Assembly (NCBI GenBank): GCA_964016885.1
Contig: OZ024742.1
Coordinates: forward strand, 76,818,001 to 76,882,000
Length of the DNA: 64,000 bases
Source: Eledone cirrhosa
Taxonomy: Eukaryota
Direction: 5' to 3'
Below the pieces are notes generated by a model. It ran no database searches, was not told where the DNA came from, and saw only the letters and a program-made list of their open reading frames with translations. This document shows, piece after piece, positions 1 through 12,497 of this stretch. Numbering within the stretch: the first letter of the stretch is position 1; every line of letters starts with the position of its first letter. The position numbers were made by a program, and so were the translations under genes.

Positions 1-160
1 CCTTACCGTTGCTATTTTTGTTATTGTCGTTCTCGACCTTACCGCTGTTATATTTGTTATTGTCGTTCTCGACCTTACCGCTGTTATTTTAGTTATTGTC
101 GTTCACGACTTTACCGCTGTTATTTTTGTTATTGTCGTTCTCGTCCTTACCGCTATTAAT
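1..160. repeat. 36-bp minisatellite, about 4.5 copies, cut by the window edge
   Basis: Unit CCTTACCGCTGTTATTTTTGTTATTGTCGTTCTCGA repeats head to tail with few substitutions and no spacers. Confidence 0.9.
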
Positions 161-199
161 TTTGTTGTTGCTATTGTTATTGATGGCGTTATTGATGCT

Positions 200-200
<1 letters not shown>

Positions 201-250
<50 letters not shown>

Positions 251-625
251 TTCTTTATTGGCCACAAGGGCATGCATATAGGGGACAATACAAAACGTCA
301 GTAACTCCGGGTGTTAAAAAAGAATAGATTGTTTATATAAAAACAATGAGAATAAACAAGAAAATACAAACAGAGTTCCCCAATATGGAGGATATCCACC
401 CAGCCTCAACTTAGGCACCCCACCATTCCTGAAACACCAGACACCTCGAGGACACCCAGGAAGGGCATCACTCTCATCCTCAAATTAACCACTCTACAGG
501 CGCATGCTCAGAGTAGGCCCATTCACACAGGCGGTTCTCACCACACTCACCCACCTTTCATAAAATGTATCGGGGGACAGCACTTCCCTCAGAAACTTCA
601 CCTTCATTTCCAAGTGAAATCTATT
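201..625 (-). mobile_element. 3' end of a Tx1/L1-type LINE with (TTA)n tail
   Basis: The minus strand reads FHLEMKVKFLREVLSPDTFYERWVSVVRTACVNGPTLSMRL*, homologous to the ORF2 ends at 7386-7583 and 62602-63069. It ends in CCTTGTGGCCAATAAAGAA followed by (TTA)n. Confidence 0.85.
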
Positions 626-859
626 TTTGTTTAGAATTAGTGTTTTTTTTTAAAGTCTATCAGGTTGTCTTTTAGTTAGTTGGCGTCTTCTTACGTTGGT
701 GTTGATGGTGTTGGTGTTAACTTTGGATGAGACACATTGTTTAACATTCTGTTGATGTCTTATCTGAAAACGTGTGGTGAAGCATATATTGTTATACTTT
801 GGGAGGGTCATGCTGCCAAGAAAAACATATTCACCTGTTGGTTTTCCTTTCAATTTATT

Positions 860-1130
860 AAACATTTCTGGCTGGTTAGTTCATTAATTGGATGGTTGTT
901 TTTATATTGTCAAAACTCTTTCGTCACACATTCAGTAACCTCCGCAGTAACTGCTTGCTTATTTTGTGTACATAGCATACGACACACAAAAACAACATGG
1001 TGTAGGACAGAAAAAGAGGAGACACAAAATAACGAATCAGTCACTGAGGTGATCACAGAATGTGTAACGAAAGATCTTTGGCAATATATATAGAACCATC
1101 TTGTTATTCAACCACCCAACCAGAAATGTT
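860..1130. mobile_element. Old MITE-like fold-back element
   Basis: Imperfect inverted arms of about 110 bp (AACATTTCTGG...TATTTTGTGT / ACACAAAATA...CCAGAAATGTT) around a spacer of about 50 bp. Confidence 0.6.
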
Positions 1131-1969
1131 CTACTAAGTGCTCTAAATAGTAGAACATATCAGCTTTTTAAAAACCCTGCAGCGATAGGCAGTATATAGT
1201 CTGCAAATTAAGTTTGCAAGCTAACTGCAAAACTAGGAACGTAGTAAATAGCATAAGATGTGCTGAGTGACAGTGTAGGATTAAGAACACAACATTCATA
1301 GGTGATACAGCACTGACGAAAACTCTAAGAGGGGAAAAACTCACCAGTACTCAAGCAACATGCAACAAATGGGACATAGGGACACACTAGAGAAGAGAGA
1401 AATAAAAATTCATCAGCAAACAAGAAATCTAAAGGAATTTCCTTTCTAGCAAGTGTCTTACCTTAAATCTTTGCTGCTTGAAGACTCCCAAAGATGACCT
1501 CAATTCAAACAAAAAACTGTTATCATAATCCCTGAAGGCATAGCCTAGTATCAGAGGAAAGGTAAATAGCAAAAAAAAAAAAAAAAAAAAAAAAAAACCG
1601 GGATCATAATACCCCATGTTTTGCCACATATTTTACTCGAAAAGGATCTTATGAAACGCGATCTGATTTAACAGAAGCTTACATGTTTTAATGGAAGGAT
1701 ATTATAACACTGAACATCTGGCCAATCCCAAATTGCTTCAGCATTAGTATCAAAGCATCGTCGGGATGGATAGAGTCAACATCTATGTTAAGTCAACAAA
1801 TACTATACAATAAGTGCTGTCCTTTTCCATACACACTCGTCAATGCTAAGCATTGTGGGTTCGTAAGCGCGACCTTGAAGGTTGAGGGCTGTATGATGGC
1901 GACAGATTTCTGATGTCCCGAGATAAAGTTACGCTATTAATCAGATGTATTTGTTTGTTGTTGAAACAG

Positions 1970-2068
1970 GTCAGGGATGATAAATATTATGACAACGTTT
2001 CTGGCCGAAAACTTGCGTAGCGTGACTGTGAATCGCTTAAATGTGATAGATGTTATAAAACATTTAAA
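1970..2068 (+). CDS. Candidate internal exon of an unidentified host gene
   Basis: Acceptor ttgtttgttgttgaaacAG and donor AA|GTATTA bound 99 bp that are open (SGMINIMTTFLAENLRSVTVNRLNVIDVIKHL). The phase is compatible with the exon at 2559. Confidence 0.45.
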
Positions 2069-2224
2069 GTATTATAGGAATAAGAAATCAATAGCAAAAC
2101 AGTATCAGAGTAAATAAATTAAGAAAAGTAAAAATAATAAACATTATAAAGTTATGAAAATTATAAAACTTTCAAAGCTACGAAAAGTGGATAACCATAA
2201 TTCTAATGCAAGTGATTAAAAGTA

Positions 2225-2421
2225 AATAATAATTGTTTCTACTTTTGGCACAAGGCCAGCAATAAATCCAGTTTATTACTGGTACTTTATTTTATCGACC
2301 CCATAAGGATGAAAGGCAAAGTTAACCTCAGTGGGATTTGAATTCAGAATGGCAAGGGCCATAACTCTATGCGTCAAAGCATGGTGTCCGACCCTCTACC
2401 GATACTGCCAATGCACCGCTT
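2225..2421 (-). mobile_element. tRNA-derived SINE, near full length
   Basis: The minus strand has an A-box-like TGGCAGTATCGGTAG, a B-box-like GAATTCAAATCCC, a central GCCTTTCATCCTTATGGGGTCGATAAAATAAAGTACCAG motif and an (ATT)n tail. Further copies lie at 7031, 7705 and 42880. It resembles octopus SINEs (from memory). Confidence 0.85.
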
Positions 2422-2558
2422 AAAAGGAAATAATAATAAAAAATCAATTTATTAATGGCTAGATAAACTTATTCGCTTGAAGATGCGTGTGTTTATATTG
2501 CAAAGACATTTAATGGCATGGCCTGTCGTGTGACTGATTTATCAGGCCTCATTTTCAG

Positions 2559-2745
2559 GTGGAGAATGCTTGCGACTGAGTTTATTCAATGTATTCAACA
2601 AATAGAAAATGTTCTTGAACATTATGATCAATTTGTCCCAAACACTCCAGGTAGAGAACAAGCTCCCGGCGTCCATCACATAACCCAGGAGACAGTTATA
2701 TATATAATAAAAGCTGTTTTTTGGGATGTTCTTGATATACAGAGA
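2559..2745 (+). CDS. Candidate internal exon of an unidentified host gene
   Basis: Acceptor attttcAG and strong donor AGA|GTAAGT bound 187 bp that are open (WRMLATEFIQCIQQIENVLEHYDQFVPNTPGREQAPGVHHITQETVIYIIKAVFWDVLDIQR), with protein-like composition. Confidence 0.55.
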
Positions 2746-3307
2746 GTAAGTAAATCTGGATAAACCGCACAGCAACATGTTTATAGGGGCAATGGCTTGT
2801 GTGGGAGCATTCATACAATTTAGAACTGATAATATAGCACCGGTTAATGCAAATATGCTACTAGACCGATGCATACAATTGATAAGCAATCTATAGGTTT
2901 AGATTTAAATTATATTATTGTTTCGTGTTATCATGGCAATTTGTGATTAATGTTCTGTCACCATATTTAAATAATCATACCGCAATGAATCATGTCAGAA
3001 TGTTCCACGACACACTTTCATATTTTTTAAAAGGAGAATAATAACTTTCTATAAAAAACAAACCTTTTCTGGCACCTACATTATATGGCGAATCATGTGT
3101 CGAACGGTTGCGAAATTTTATGTACTTATTCACGTGACAGACATCAACAGAAAAAAAATACATTAAAAAAGCAACAACAATTTGAGTCACAGTTTTAATG
3201 CAAATACAATAAGAACTTTGGAACACGAACTGGCGCGAAATTTATTGTACCTATTTACGTGAGAGTCATCAATCAAACAAGTATATATATTTATATATAT
3301 ATATATA

Positions 3308-3371
<64 letters not shown>

Positions 3372-3635
3372 ACTAGAAATAGATTGACACATATATATAA
3401 AAAATAAACACATGAAACAATCTCAGGGAATAATTTGTAAAGTGTGTAAGCACACATAGCTAGGTAGGTAACTAATTAAAGTTTAACTAGAACTTCAAAT
3501 ATAGATACCTTTTAAAATGAATAATCTCCTTTGTATATATTGCTTTAAATAAAAAATATATTTCACCAATTAACTAGTAAATCACAGCGGTCAAATCATT
3601 CCCTGAGATTGTTTCATGTGTTTATTTTATATATA

Positions 3636-5258
3636 ACGACAAGCGCCAACCTCTTTGCTAGCACCTTGGCCAAAATCTTGAACTCTGTGTTTAGCAGAGT
3701 TATGGGCCTGAAATTATCTAAGTTATCCCCCTTGTTCGGATCCTTTCTCAGCAGGGCCACCGCTCCTCGGCTCACAGAGCTGGTTATTCTCCCGTTCTGT
3801 TGCCAGTTGGAGTAGACGTCCGCCAAGAGGCCTCCGAACAGGTCTGGCATATGTACGTAAAGTTCATTGGGCAGACCATCCATACCAGGCAATTTACCCC
3901 ATGTACAGCCAGTTTATTGTCTCCCGTATTTCAGCTGCTGTTATCGGCTTTTCCCAACACTCCGCCTCAGTGGCCGAGAGCCGCGGCAATCCGTCGACGT
4001 AGACACTAAAGTCCATTCCTCGATCCGGCCGCCGCTGCCTACGAAGGGCTGAGCGAAGTGTCGCGGAAAAGCTTCACACATTCGCCCGGGATCGAGTAGC
4101 ATGTGCCCGTCGTGGTCCACCAAAGACCGGATAGTGGCTTTGTTGCCACGACGCGCCTCCGCCACTCGGGCCCATTGAACGGCTTTCGTCCCCTCGTGTC
4201 TGAGAGCACGCACTCTAGCTCTGACAACGCAGCCTTCGTCCTTTGGATTGAAGAATTGGTCAAGGGCAAATTTCGTCGCAAGTACGTCGGTCGCGATGTC
4301 TTTGCTAAGCCCCTCGTCTAATTTTCTTACTAGTTCTCCCTCTGCTCTGTTTGTGTCTATTGCTAAAGCCTTACTAAACCTAATGGACTCTATTCTAATC
4401 GCTCTTTTCAGAGCAAACCACCACTTGTTGTTGACGATGGTCCCCGTCAACGCCCGCTGATCTAGTTCGCTAATCCGGTCTCTGTAGGCCTTGCGCGCTT
4501 GTAAGGACCCGTTTTGCTTCCAGTAGCCGGGTCCTTGTGATGAAGCGTATCTAATTCAACCACACAGATCACTAATTTCTGGTTCGTGTAGTTGACTATC
4601 TTGAATTGTGGACAGCCTATGCTAGACCTATCTATTTCCCTACAAAATACTCTATCTAGATATGATCTGGATGACCCGATTCGGTTTGTCCAAATCCACA
4701 TTGGCACATTCGGGAAATGCAATCGGTACTTGTCACACAGTTCAAACCGCCTGAGCAGGTTGCTGAGGCTCATGCACCCTCTTCCCCTATCCGCTTCTCA
4801 CACACAGTCCAAGCGTGCACCTAAGATTCCGTTCCAGTCGCCCACTAACACTAAAAAGTGGGATGTTCCAAGAAAGGTCTCCAGACGCCGGAAGAAATCA
4901 GGCCGCCCTGCTCCTGTCGGGGCATAGACGGCCACTAGTCTGAAATCTTGCCCGTCTCCGCTGGTCACGTCCAACACGACCAACTTACCTTCTGGGTCCT
5001 GGAAGATGAGCCGTATGGAATATCCAAACCTCTCCGAAAAAGCACAGCAACTCCAACCCCCGATCCAGGACTGCTGGGAGATGCGTACACATCGTAGCCG
5101 CTGAAGAGCGGTGCGAAAACCCGTGCTTCAGAGATTCTGGTCTCACTGATGGCCACCACATCTATGTTTAGTGACCTGAGGTGGTTGAGCATGTGGCTCT
5201 GCTTTCATGAAAACTCCAAGTCACGCGCATTTATGCTGCCTATTCTGAGTACGGCCAT
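3636..5258 (-). pseudogene. Tx1-type ORF2: AP endonuclease plus start of reverse transcriptase, disrupted
   Basis: Motifs MAVLRIGSINAR, DVVAISETR, VAVYAP, LVGDWN, WTN..SRSYLDRVF, PGMDGLPNELY and NFRPITLLNTEFKILAKVLAKRL. Confidence 0.9.
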
Positions 5259-5299
5259 GTTGAAAAGGAGTGGAAAAGATGGGAAAGACCACTTACCTT

Positions 5300-6901
5300 A
5301 CTTCTCGTAGAGGAAGGATGGTTTCTCCATTCTTCTCAATGCTCGTGGCCTCCTCCGGAAGGATGTCCTTATAAATCCTGCTGGAGAGCTTTTTGTCGTG
5401 TACATTTTCTGTGTGATGCGAAAGATTTGTATGTGTGGAGGTGGTGTGAATTTTTTGGGTGTTGTCTAGTCTTTTTCTGTGATGCTGGTGTTGTGTTGAA
5501 TGTAGTGTAATAATTGGTTGTTGTTCAAATGTAATGCTGTGTAGTGTGCAGCGTTTTGGTTGTTTTGTTTTGTTTGCGTTTGTTGTGGGTTTGTTTCTGT
5601 TTCGCTTTTAGGTGACTTTTGTGGTGTTGGTGATGGTAGTGTTGGGGTTAATGATTGTGATGGTGTTGGTGTTTGTGGTGATGGGCTTGGTGATGTTGGT
5701 GTGGATGGAGGCAGAGCTGGCCTAACCTTTTTGTTTGTTAGTTTATTTGTTTCCCCTGTATTTTCTTTTGGGATGGGGAAGGAAGATGATTTTTTCTTTA
5801 TTGGGTTCTTTTTCTTTCTTTCTTTTTTCCTGATACAGATTCCCACTCCTCCTTGTCACAATCTGTCCCCAGTTGTGAAAGGTCGAGGAGTGAAAAATCC
5901 TTTACAGGCGTTGTTTTTGGTTGTGGCGTTGTGATGGTGGAGGCGATGGTGATAGTTCTGGTGCGGTGTGTGGTGAGGGTGTTAGTTTGGCTAGTGTTGC
6001 TGGGGTTGTTGCTACTACATTTGCTTTTGCTGTTGCTGCTACAGTTGTTGATGCCATTTCTGCTGCTGGTGGTGTTGATGGTTGAGTGACTGGTGTGGGT
6101 AAGAGAGGTGGCCTTATCTTTTTAGCCTGATGGCAGAAAGCCTTTAGGTAGGTTAATTCACCACAAACGGCAGACGAAGGCCTTCTACCCTCAACGAATT
6201 ACGGTGAGATGGCTGCCGTCAGTGAGGTATATCACCTCTGGAATTTCCTCAATGTGTTTTTGTTCCGCTTGGATCAGGAGCTCCATCCCAGATCCGGACG
6301 AGTTCTCCTGCTTTTCTTTTGTTATTTCAATTATTTTAGTTTTGGCCTCGATGCCGGCGAGGGCGGCAGCCATTAGCCATGGAATTTTGATGGCCGGTGG
6401 AACGTAGGGCACCCTGATCTTTACGAGTCTCTGACCACAATAGCTTGGGACGAGTTTGAAGTCGTCGCTTCTTAATGGGGCTATGGAGTGTTCGCTGGCT
6501 TCCTGTGGTGTTCCAAAGAACACGTCCACGGTTCCATATTTCTGCCCACGTCTCGGATCCCCGTTCCACTTGGCGTGATTTTGCGTTTATCACCCGATAA
6601 GACACGGTGCATAGGCGCCGGTATCTACATGTTATTAGGTGGGGGTGGGGGTGGGCGTGGGACTGGGTGGTGTTCGTTGTTCTGTTTGACATTGTGGTGG
6701 TGGGGCTGGCTGCTTTAACACCTGCAGTTATTGGTACGGCGGGAAATCCATGTCTTTATGGGGCAAATCTAAATAATTGAGACTGCTATTAATTATATTT
6801 TCAGTGTTGGGAACCGGAGTAAGGCTTACAATGGTGTTGGTGCTGGTGATGGTGCGGGAGGGGGGTTTTGGTCTGTTAAAAACAACAAAATTGTCGTCCA
6901 T
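5300..6901 (-). pseudogene. Tx1-type ORF1 (gag-like), disrupted
   Basis: Lies upstream of the APE ORF. Near 6130-6190 it has a degenerate CCHC knuckle (EGRRPS-SAVCGELTYLKAFC, C>S and H>Y), followed by a Pro/Thr/Lys-rich low-complexity tail. Confidence 0.7.
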
Positions 6902-7030
6902 GTTTTTTTTTGCATAGAAATATTTTGTTTGATAAATAAAAAGTTTAAGTTTAACTGGCAATTTGAAACAACTGAAAACAACAAACCTTTGCGGAGTTCA
7001 CGATAATACGATTTCCTACGTACGTCGCCA

Positions 7031-7127
7031 ATAATAATAATAATAATAATAATAATAATTGTTTCTACTTTAGGCACAAAGCCAGCAATTACCCAGTGCA
7101 TTACTGGTACTTTATTTTATCGACCCG
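7031..7127 (-). mobile_element. SINE 3' fragment with (TTA)n tail
   Basis: Matches 2225-2300. Confidence 0.8.
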
Positions 7128-7690
7128 CTTTCTTTATTGGCCACAAGGTATAACATGAAGAAAAACATTATAGACGGCAGAGGACGATATAAAGTGGGTT
7201 TTGGCCGTGTGAAAAGGTTATAAAAAAGACAGAAGCGTGTAAAAACAAATTAAAATTCAAACAACAAAAATTCCCCAAAAAGGGGGAAGCCTCCGAGTGT
7301 CGCTCTTGGCGAAAATCACACAAAAGACCACGTTCACACTGACAACCGTGGCAAGCGCCCTCTCTCAGTTTTCCCACTCCTCAGTCTACAGGCACATGCT
7401 CAGATTGGGCCCTTTCACTCGGACCAAGCTCGCCACTTTCACCCACCTTTCAACAAACTTACTAGAAGATAGCACTTGCCTCTCCACCCTGATTTTCCTC
7501 TTCAATTGAAACTTGAAAAAGTTAATCAGGGATTGGCCGCAGAGGAAAGTGTCCGCTTCAACCCTTTCAGCCTTGTCCACCACACAATCTATTTCGCCAT
7601 GGCCACCAGGCAGATGAAAACTGCCACCCTTCCTCCTCTTTAAAGGAGGATGGCGGGGGATATCTTCACCATGGACTCAGTCGATAACCA
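7128..7690 (-). mobile_element. 3' end of a Tx1/L1-type LINE
   Basis: Encodes LINFFKFQLKRKIRVERQVLSSSKFVERW...LSMCL*, followed by a 3' UTR ending CCTTGTGGCCAATAAAGAA. Confidence 0.85.
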
Positions 7691-7704
7691 ATTTAACTGA
7701 GTTC

Positions 7705-7880
7705 ATTAATAATAATATCAATAATAATTGTTTCTACTTTTGGCACAAGGCCAGCAATTATGCCACATAATCATAATGGTTTCTCATATAGGCATAAAGC
7801 CATATATTTTGTGGGAGGGGAAAGTCGATTAAGTACACCCCAGTGCGTGACTGGTATTTTATTTTTATCGATCCTGAGAA
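7705..7880 (-). mobile_element. SINE 3' fragments
   Basis: TTGTTTCTACTTTTGGCACAAGGCCAGCAATT and CCCAGTGCGTGACTGGTATTTTATTTTTATCGA match the SINE family. Confidence 0.7.
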
Positions 7881-8165
7881 AAATACAGGCTGATACAGTG
7901 AGTGCCTACATATGTAAGCCTATAAAGAAAATGCCTCAATTGGGTTGTGGGATCAACACATTGGCACGTATGTTGAAATTCATTCGTTTTCCATTGAACA
8001 GTTGCACATAAATTTGGATCAAATATGGCAGAAATATATATTTAGGGAATGTTACCCGAGGTAAAATATATAGCAAGCGACTGTGATTATAATTGTTACC
8101 TGTGTTTGAGATTACTAAAGAATTACTCAACCCTCCAATAGTTTATTTTAGAAATGATATCCTGA

Positions 8166-8168
<3 letters not shown>

Positions 8169-8198
<30 letters not shown>

Positions 8199-9030
8199 CT
8201 CCACTTATTCCTGGGAAGCTTGTAGGGGCAGTTTCCTCAATCATAACTTACAGTGGATCACGACAGAAGCAAATGACTTGAATTGATCCGGCTGGATTTC
8301 AAAGCGAGACAAGTCAACTCACGGATGTTATCCAGCCATCTTGTTTGGGTCCTACGTCTGGGTCTCCTGTTGGTTGGCTCTTGACCTTGACATCTGTCCA
8401 GAAATGCTTCTGTTAATTGTTTCGGTCCATTTGTTCATGGTATCGTAGTGGTGATCTCTCAATTTGGTGGAGTAGCGCCCCTATCTGGATCAGGTACGCA
8501 CTCTATTCCGATACACGGAAATCCCATAGGAGGAAGCTTTTTTCGGGCGGTTATTTTCTTTATCGTATGCTTTCGATCATTACCCAAGAACGATGACCAT
8601 AGGTAAGTGTTGGTATGAATACCGAATTTACGATAGCTCGTTTGGTTTTTACACTTATTTACTTTTATCTGATGACCGAATGCTGAAGCTGGCCCTCTAA
8701 TACACCAGCTCCTGCAATTCTTGCTCTTAATTCAGCCACCTGATTTCCATCAGTTCTGTAAATCGCCTTCAGGTGCCTGAACTTTTATACCTGCTTCAAT
8801 GTATGGTGTACTGCATAGTATTACTTAAGAGGACTATTGACTCAGTCTTCGCAACACTAATTTTCATTCCTGCCATACAGCTTTCCGCAGAAAAACCTAT
8901 CAAGTGCACGTCGGAGCTCATCTTTCAACGAGATAACTCATGCTATGACGTCTGCAAATTCCAGCCGACTGATCAACCCCTTTTATAAAATGACAACGGG
9001 GAAATTTCACCGACTGTGTTGACAGAATGC
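8169..9030 (-). mobile_element. Decayed RTE-clade LINE: RT 3' half with (GAA)n tail
   Basis: Minus-strand remnants LEFADVIA, GMKISVAKTE, KFRHLK..TDG..AELRARIAGA and RRPRRRTQTRWLDNI. (TTC)n on the + strand at 8169-8199. Confidence 0.75.
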
Positions 9031-9530
9031 GAGTGGTCTGTTGTCATTATTGCAGTTGATTGCTATTGCTCTCGATAGTGGCAGGAATATGGTCAGTCGC
9101 TATATCAAAGCGACCAGACGGAAAGACTCGCCTGACTCACGGCAGTCACACGTTTACCCCATCAAGTCTGCGTTGGAGATCTCGCAACCACAGCGCTTGT
9201 TTGCACATCATCAGCCACAACATGCTAATTATTCAACGGAGCGTCTGTTGGAAGGAAAAGGATCGGCTGACCAGTGGAGTGTGTCGCTTTCACAACATAT
9301 AAACAAGCATGAGCTCCAGTCCGGGCATAATAAACGCAGATCAAGGCAGGATGTCCAGGTGTTAATAGATAAAGGAGGTGATAGAAGAATGTATAACGTT
9401 GCCGAATGTTTCATTTTAGATTTCTCAGCTGATTTTTGCGTAAGACTTGCTAATCTACCTCTACTTTGATATGCGGCGCGGTATCCGATAGGGTTATGTT
9501 ATATACACATACACACAGACACAACCACCT

Positions 9531-9569
<39 letters not shown>

Positions 9570-9574
9570 TATAA

Positions 9575-9646
<72 letters not shown>

Positions 9647-10229
9647 AAATGTGTGTAATCCTTGGTACAGTTAGGTATATTAAGAAAGGGGGGAAGAAAA
9701 AATGGCTTCACTTGTGCTTTCAACAAATTTATTTTCTTCACAAAATCCAAGAAGAATTTTTCTTAAAAAAAATTATTTTATAAATTAAGTTGTTGGTCTT
9801 AGGAGTTCTTGGTTAACGTAGGAGGTATTGTTTCGTTTTTAGAAAGACCTTTCACGCTGAGGTGCGCTTGTCAAACTGATGTGTATGTGGTGTGTTGTTC
9901 TATATATAGGGATTTAACATGTCTGTGGTGTGGTAGGGGTTTCTTTTCTCCCCCTTTAATAGGTGCATGGGTGTAGGTGTGTTGAAAAAGTTTTCATAGC
10001 AGTAATGAGTTGAGAGGGTGAGTAGGGTTGGGTGGGGAGAAACCTAGCAAGTGCGGCCTGCCCCGGTCATTCTCGAAACATTCCTTTATTCAGGGGAAAA
10101 AGTTTTTAGCATCGCTTTTGTGTTGAGAATGGTCACAGGCAAATCGCACCTGTCAAGCTTGTGAATAATTATTTTTTTCTTTTTTTCCTGAAGAATCTTT
10201 CTACGTCCATCCCAAAGTTAGTCCTTTGT

Positions 10230-10526
10230 TCAACACACACATATATATATGTGTGCATATATGTACATACACACACGGGCATATGTAGGAATATATAGGC
10301 ACACACCATCAATCACACACCCCTGTACAAATACATACACAAAAACATATAGGGACACATATAAAAACACACATACACATACGTACACACACGAATATGT
10401 ACACATACCTCCACATGGGTATATATATATATACACATATATACACACATACATACACGTATACATACATACATATATATATACATATATATAAATATAT
10501 ATACATACACATACACATACACACAC

Positions 10527-10587
<61 letters not shown>

Positions 10588-11102
10588 TATATACATATAT
10601 ATATATATATATATACATACATATATACATACATATACCTACATACACATACATACATATACACACATAAAGATACATAACTAAATATACATATATACAC
10701 ACATACACGCACACATACACACGCACACACACACGCATGTGTGTACACACACACACGCACTCACACACACATATACATATGTCCGTATATATACCCCTCC
10801 GTTCACACATACATGCATACATACACACACATACACACATACAGCTATATATATATATACACATATATATATATATATATACACACACATACATACACAT
10901 ACACATATGTACACATAAATACATACAGACACATACACACATATACACATACATATACACATACATACATATCCATATACATATATATACACACATACAT
11001 ATGCACATATATATATATATGTATATATATACACATACATACACATGCACATACACATACAGGTACATACATACACACATACATGCATACACATACATGT
11101 AC

Positions 11103-11133
<31 letters not shown>

Positions 11134-11420
11134 CACATATATACATACACACATATATACATATATATACATATACACATATACATACATACACACACAC
11201 ATACACACACACACATATATATATATATATGTGTGTGTGTGCGTATACACGAGCACATAAAGACACATATACACACACACATACAAATACATATACATAC
11301 ATATACATACATACATCTACATACATACATACATATACACAAACAGAAACATACACACATGTACACACATATGTACATATATGCACATACATACACACAC
11401 ACATACACATACATATCTAT

Positions 11421-11480
<60 letters not shown>

Positions 11481-11540
11481 ACACACACATATATACAAAC
11501 ATACACATACATACATTTACATATACACATATATACACAC

Positions 11541-11575
<35 letters not shown>

Positions 11576-11725
11576 CACACACACATACAAACATACACAC
11601 ATCCATACATATATGTATATATATACACACACATACACACACACACACACATACACACACCCACATACATATATACCCACACGTACATACATCCATACAT
11701 GCCTACACACACATATGTGTGTGTC
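10230..11725. repeat. Compound (CA)n/(TA)n/(TACA)n microsatellite field
   Basis: Direct inspection. Confidence 0.95.
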
Positions 11726-11811
11726 TCACCGTTCATTCAGATACTCATGTGTATACATAAGAATAGGGGGGGGGGGGTTAGTGAAATGGAATTTTACCTC
11801 CGAGTGTTAAT

Positions 11812-12350
11812 TCATTTTTTCGTGTTCAGTAGTGGTTTAAATTTTTCAATGAAGAATTCTTCTTTATATCTGCGGAAATGTTCGTTATCCGACCATATCT
11901 TGAAGAAAGGGAAGATTGTGAATTTTCCCTTCCCGCATGATGCAAAGTGTGCGCTACATGTGGTATTTCTGACTGTGGGGTCTTTAATCTGTTGTTTATG
12001 TACCCGGACTCTATCATGTAATCCCGTTCCGGTTTCCCCAATGTAATACTCTTTACACTGTGGACATGTGGCGCAATATATTAGGTTTTTCGTTTTACAG
12101 TTCATGTTAGCATTGACCTTGAAATTATCATGGTTTTTGAATGACAACTGTTTGCCCTCTTCGATGAGTTCACAGGTTCCACATCTAGGGTCCCCGCATT
12201 TCGTCACTTGCATTGATTCCATGTTGGTCGTAAATTTTGCCTTGGTAATTAGTTTTTTAAGGTTGGGTGCTTGGCGTCTGCTATAAATTATCTGTGTGTT
12301 TTTTAAGAGTGCATTCATTTTGGTAGATTGCTGTAGAATCGGGAGATATG
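11812..12350 (-). mobile_element. PLE fragment: GIY-YIG endonuclease with upstream Cys motif
   Basis: RRQAPNLKKLI, KCGDPRCGTC, NCKTKNLIYCATCPQCKEYYIGETG..LHDRVRVH, R..KEEFFIEKFKPLLN. Confidence 0.9.
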
Positions 12351-12459
12351 TTTCTGTGTGTGTATGTGTTTGTGTAAAAGGTAAACATAAATAACAACAC
12401 AGTCGGTACAGTATATGGAAGGGATATATTGGGTTAACGCTTGACATAGCAGGAAGAAG

Positions 12460-12497
12460 GTCTTAACGTTTCGGACGCTAGTCCTTTATCAGAATAA
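12460..12497 (-). ncRNA. Minimal hammerhead-like motif, degenerate
   Basis: Minus strand CTGATAA-A-GGAC-TAGC-GTCC-GAAA-CG-TT, with palindromic AACGTT. G8>A and a weak stem I. Confidence 0.5.

Larger units (their letters stand above)
3636..7030 (-). mobile_element. Tx1/L1-clade non-LTR retrotransposon with 5' UTR, ORF1 and 5' half of ORF2; decayed and 3'-truncated
   Basis: ORF1 fragments are followed by APE and the start of RT on the same strand, with many frameshifts and stops. Confidence 0.9.

Noticed and set aside
1-160. 36-bp repeats as a CRISPR array
   Set aside because: The units are contiguous with no unique spacers, there are no cas genes, and the context is eukaryotic.
1310-1345. 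CTGACGA...GAAA hammerhead-like string
   Set aside because: Stems I and III cannot be formed convincingly.
9041-9469. 142-aa + strand ORF
   Set aside because: No motifs or clear splice signals; it adjoins a decayed minus-strand LINE and is probably a chance ORF.
9640-10230. Possible PLE 3' end with a TTGACAA..GAAA motif on the minus strand
   Set aside because: Too degenerate to support.
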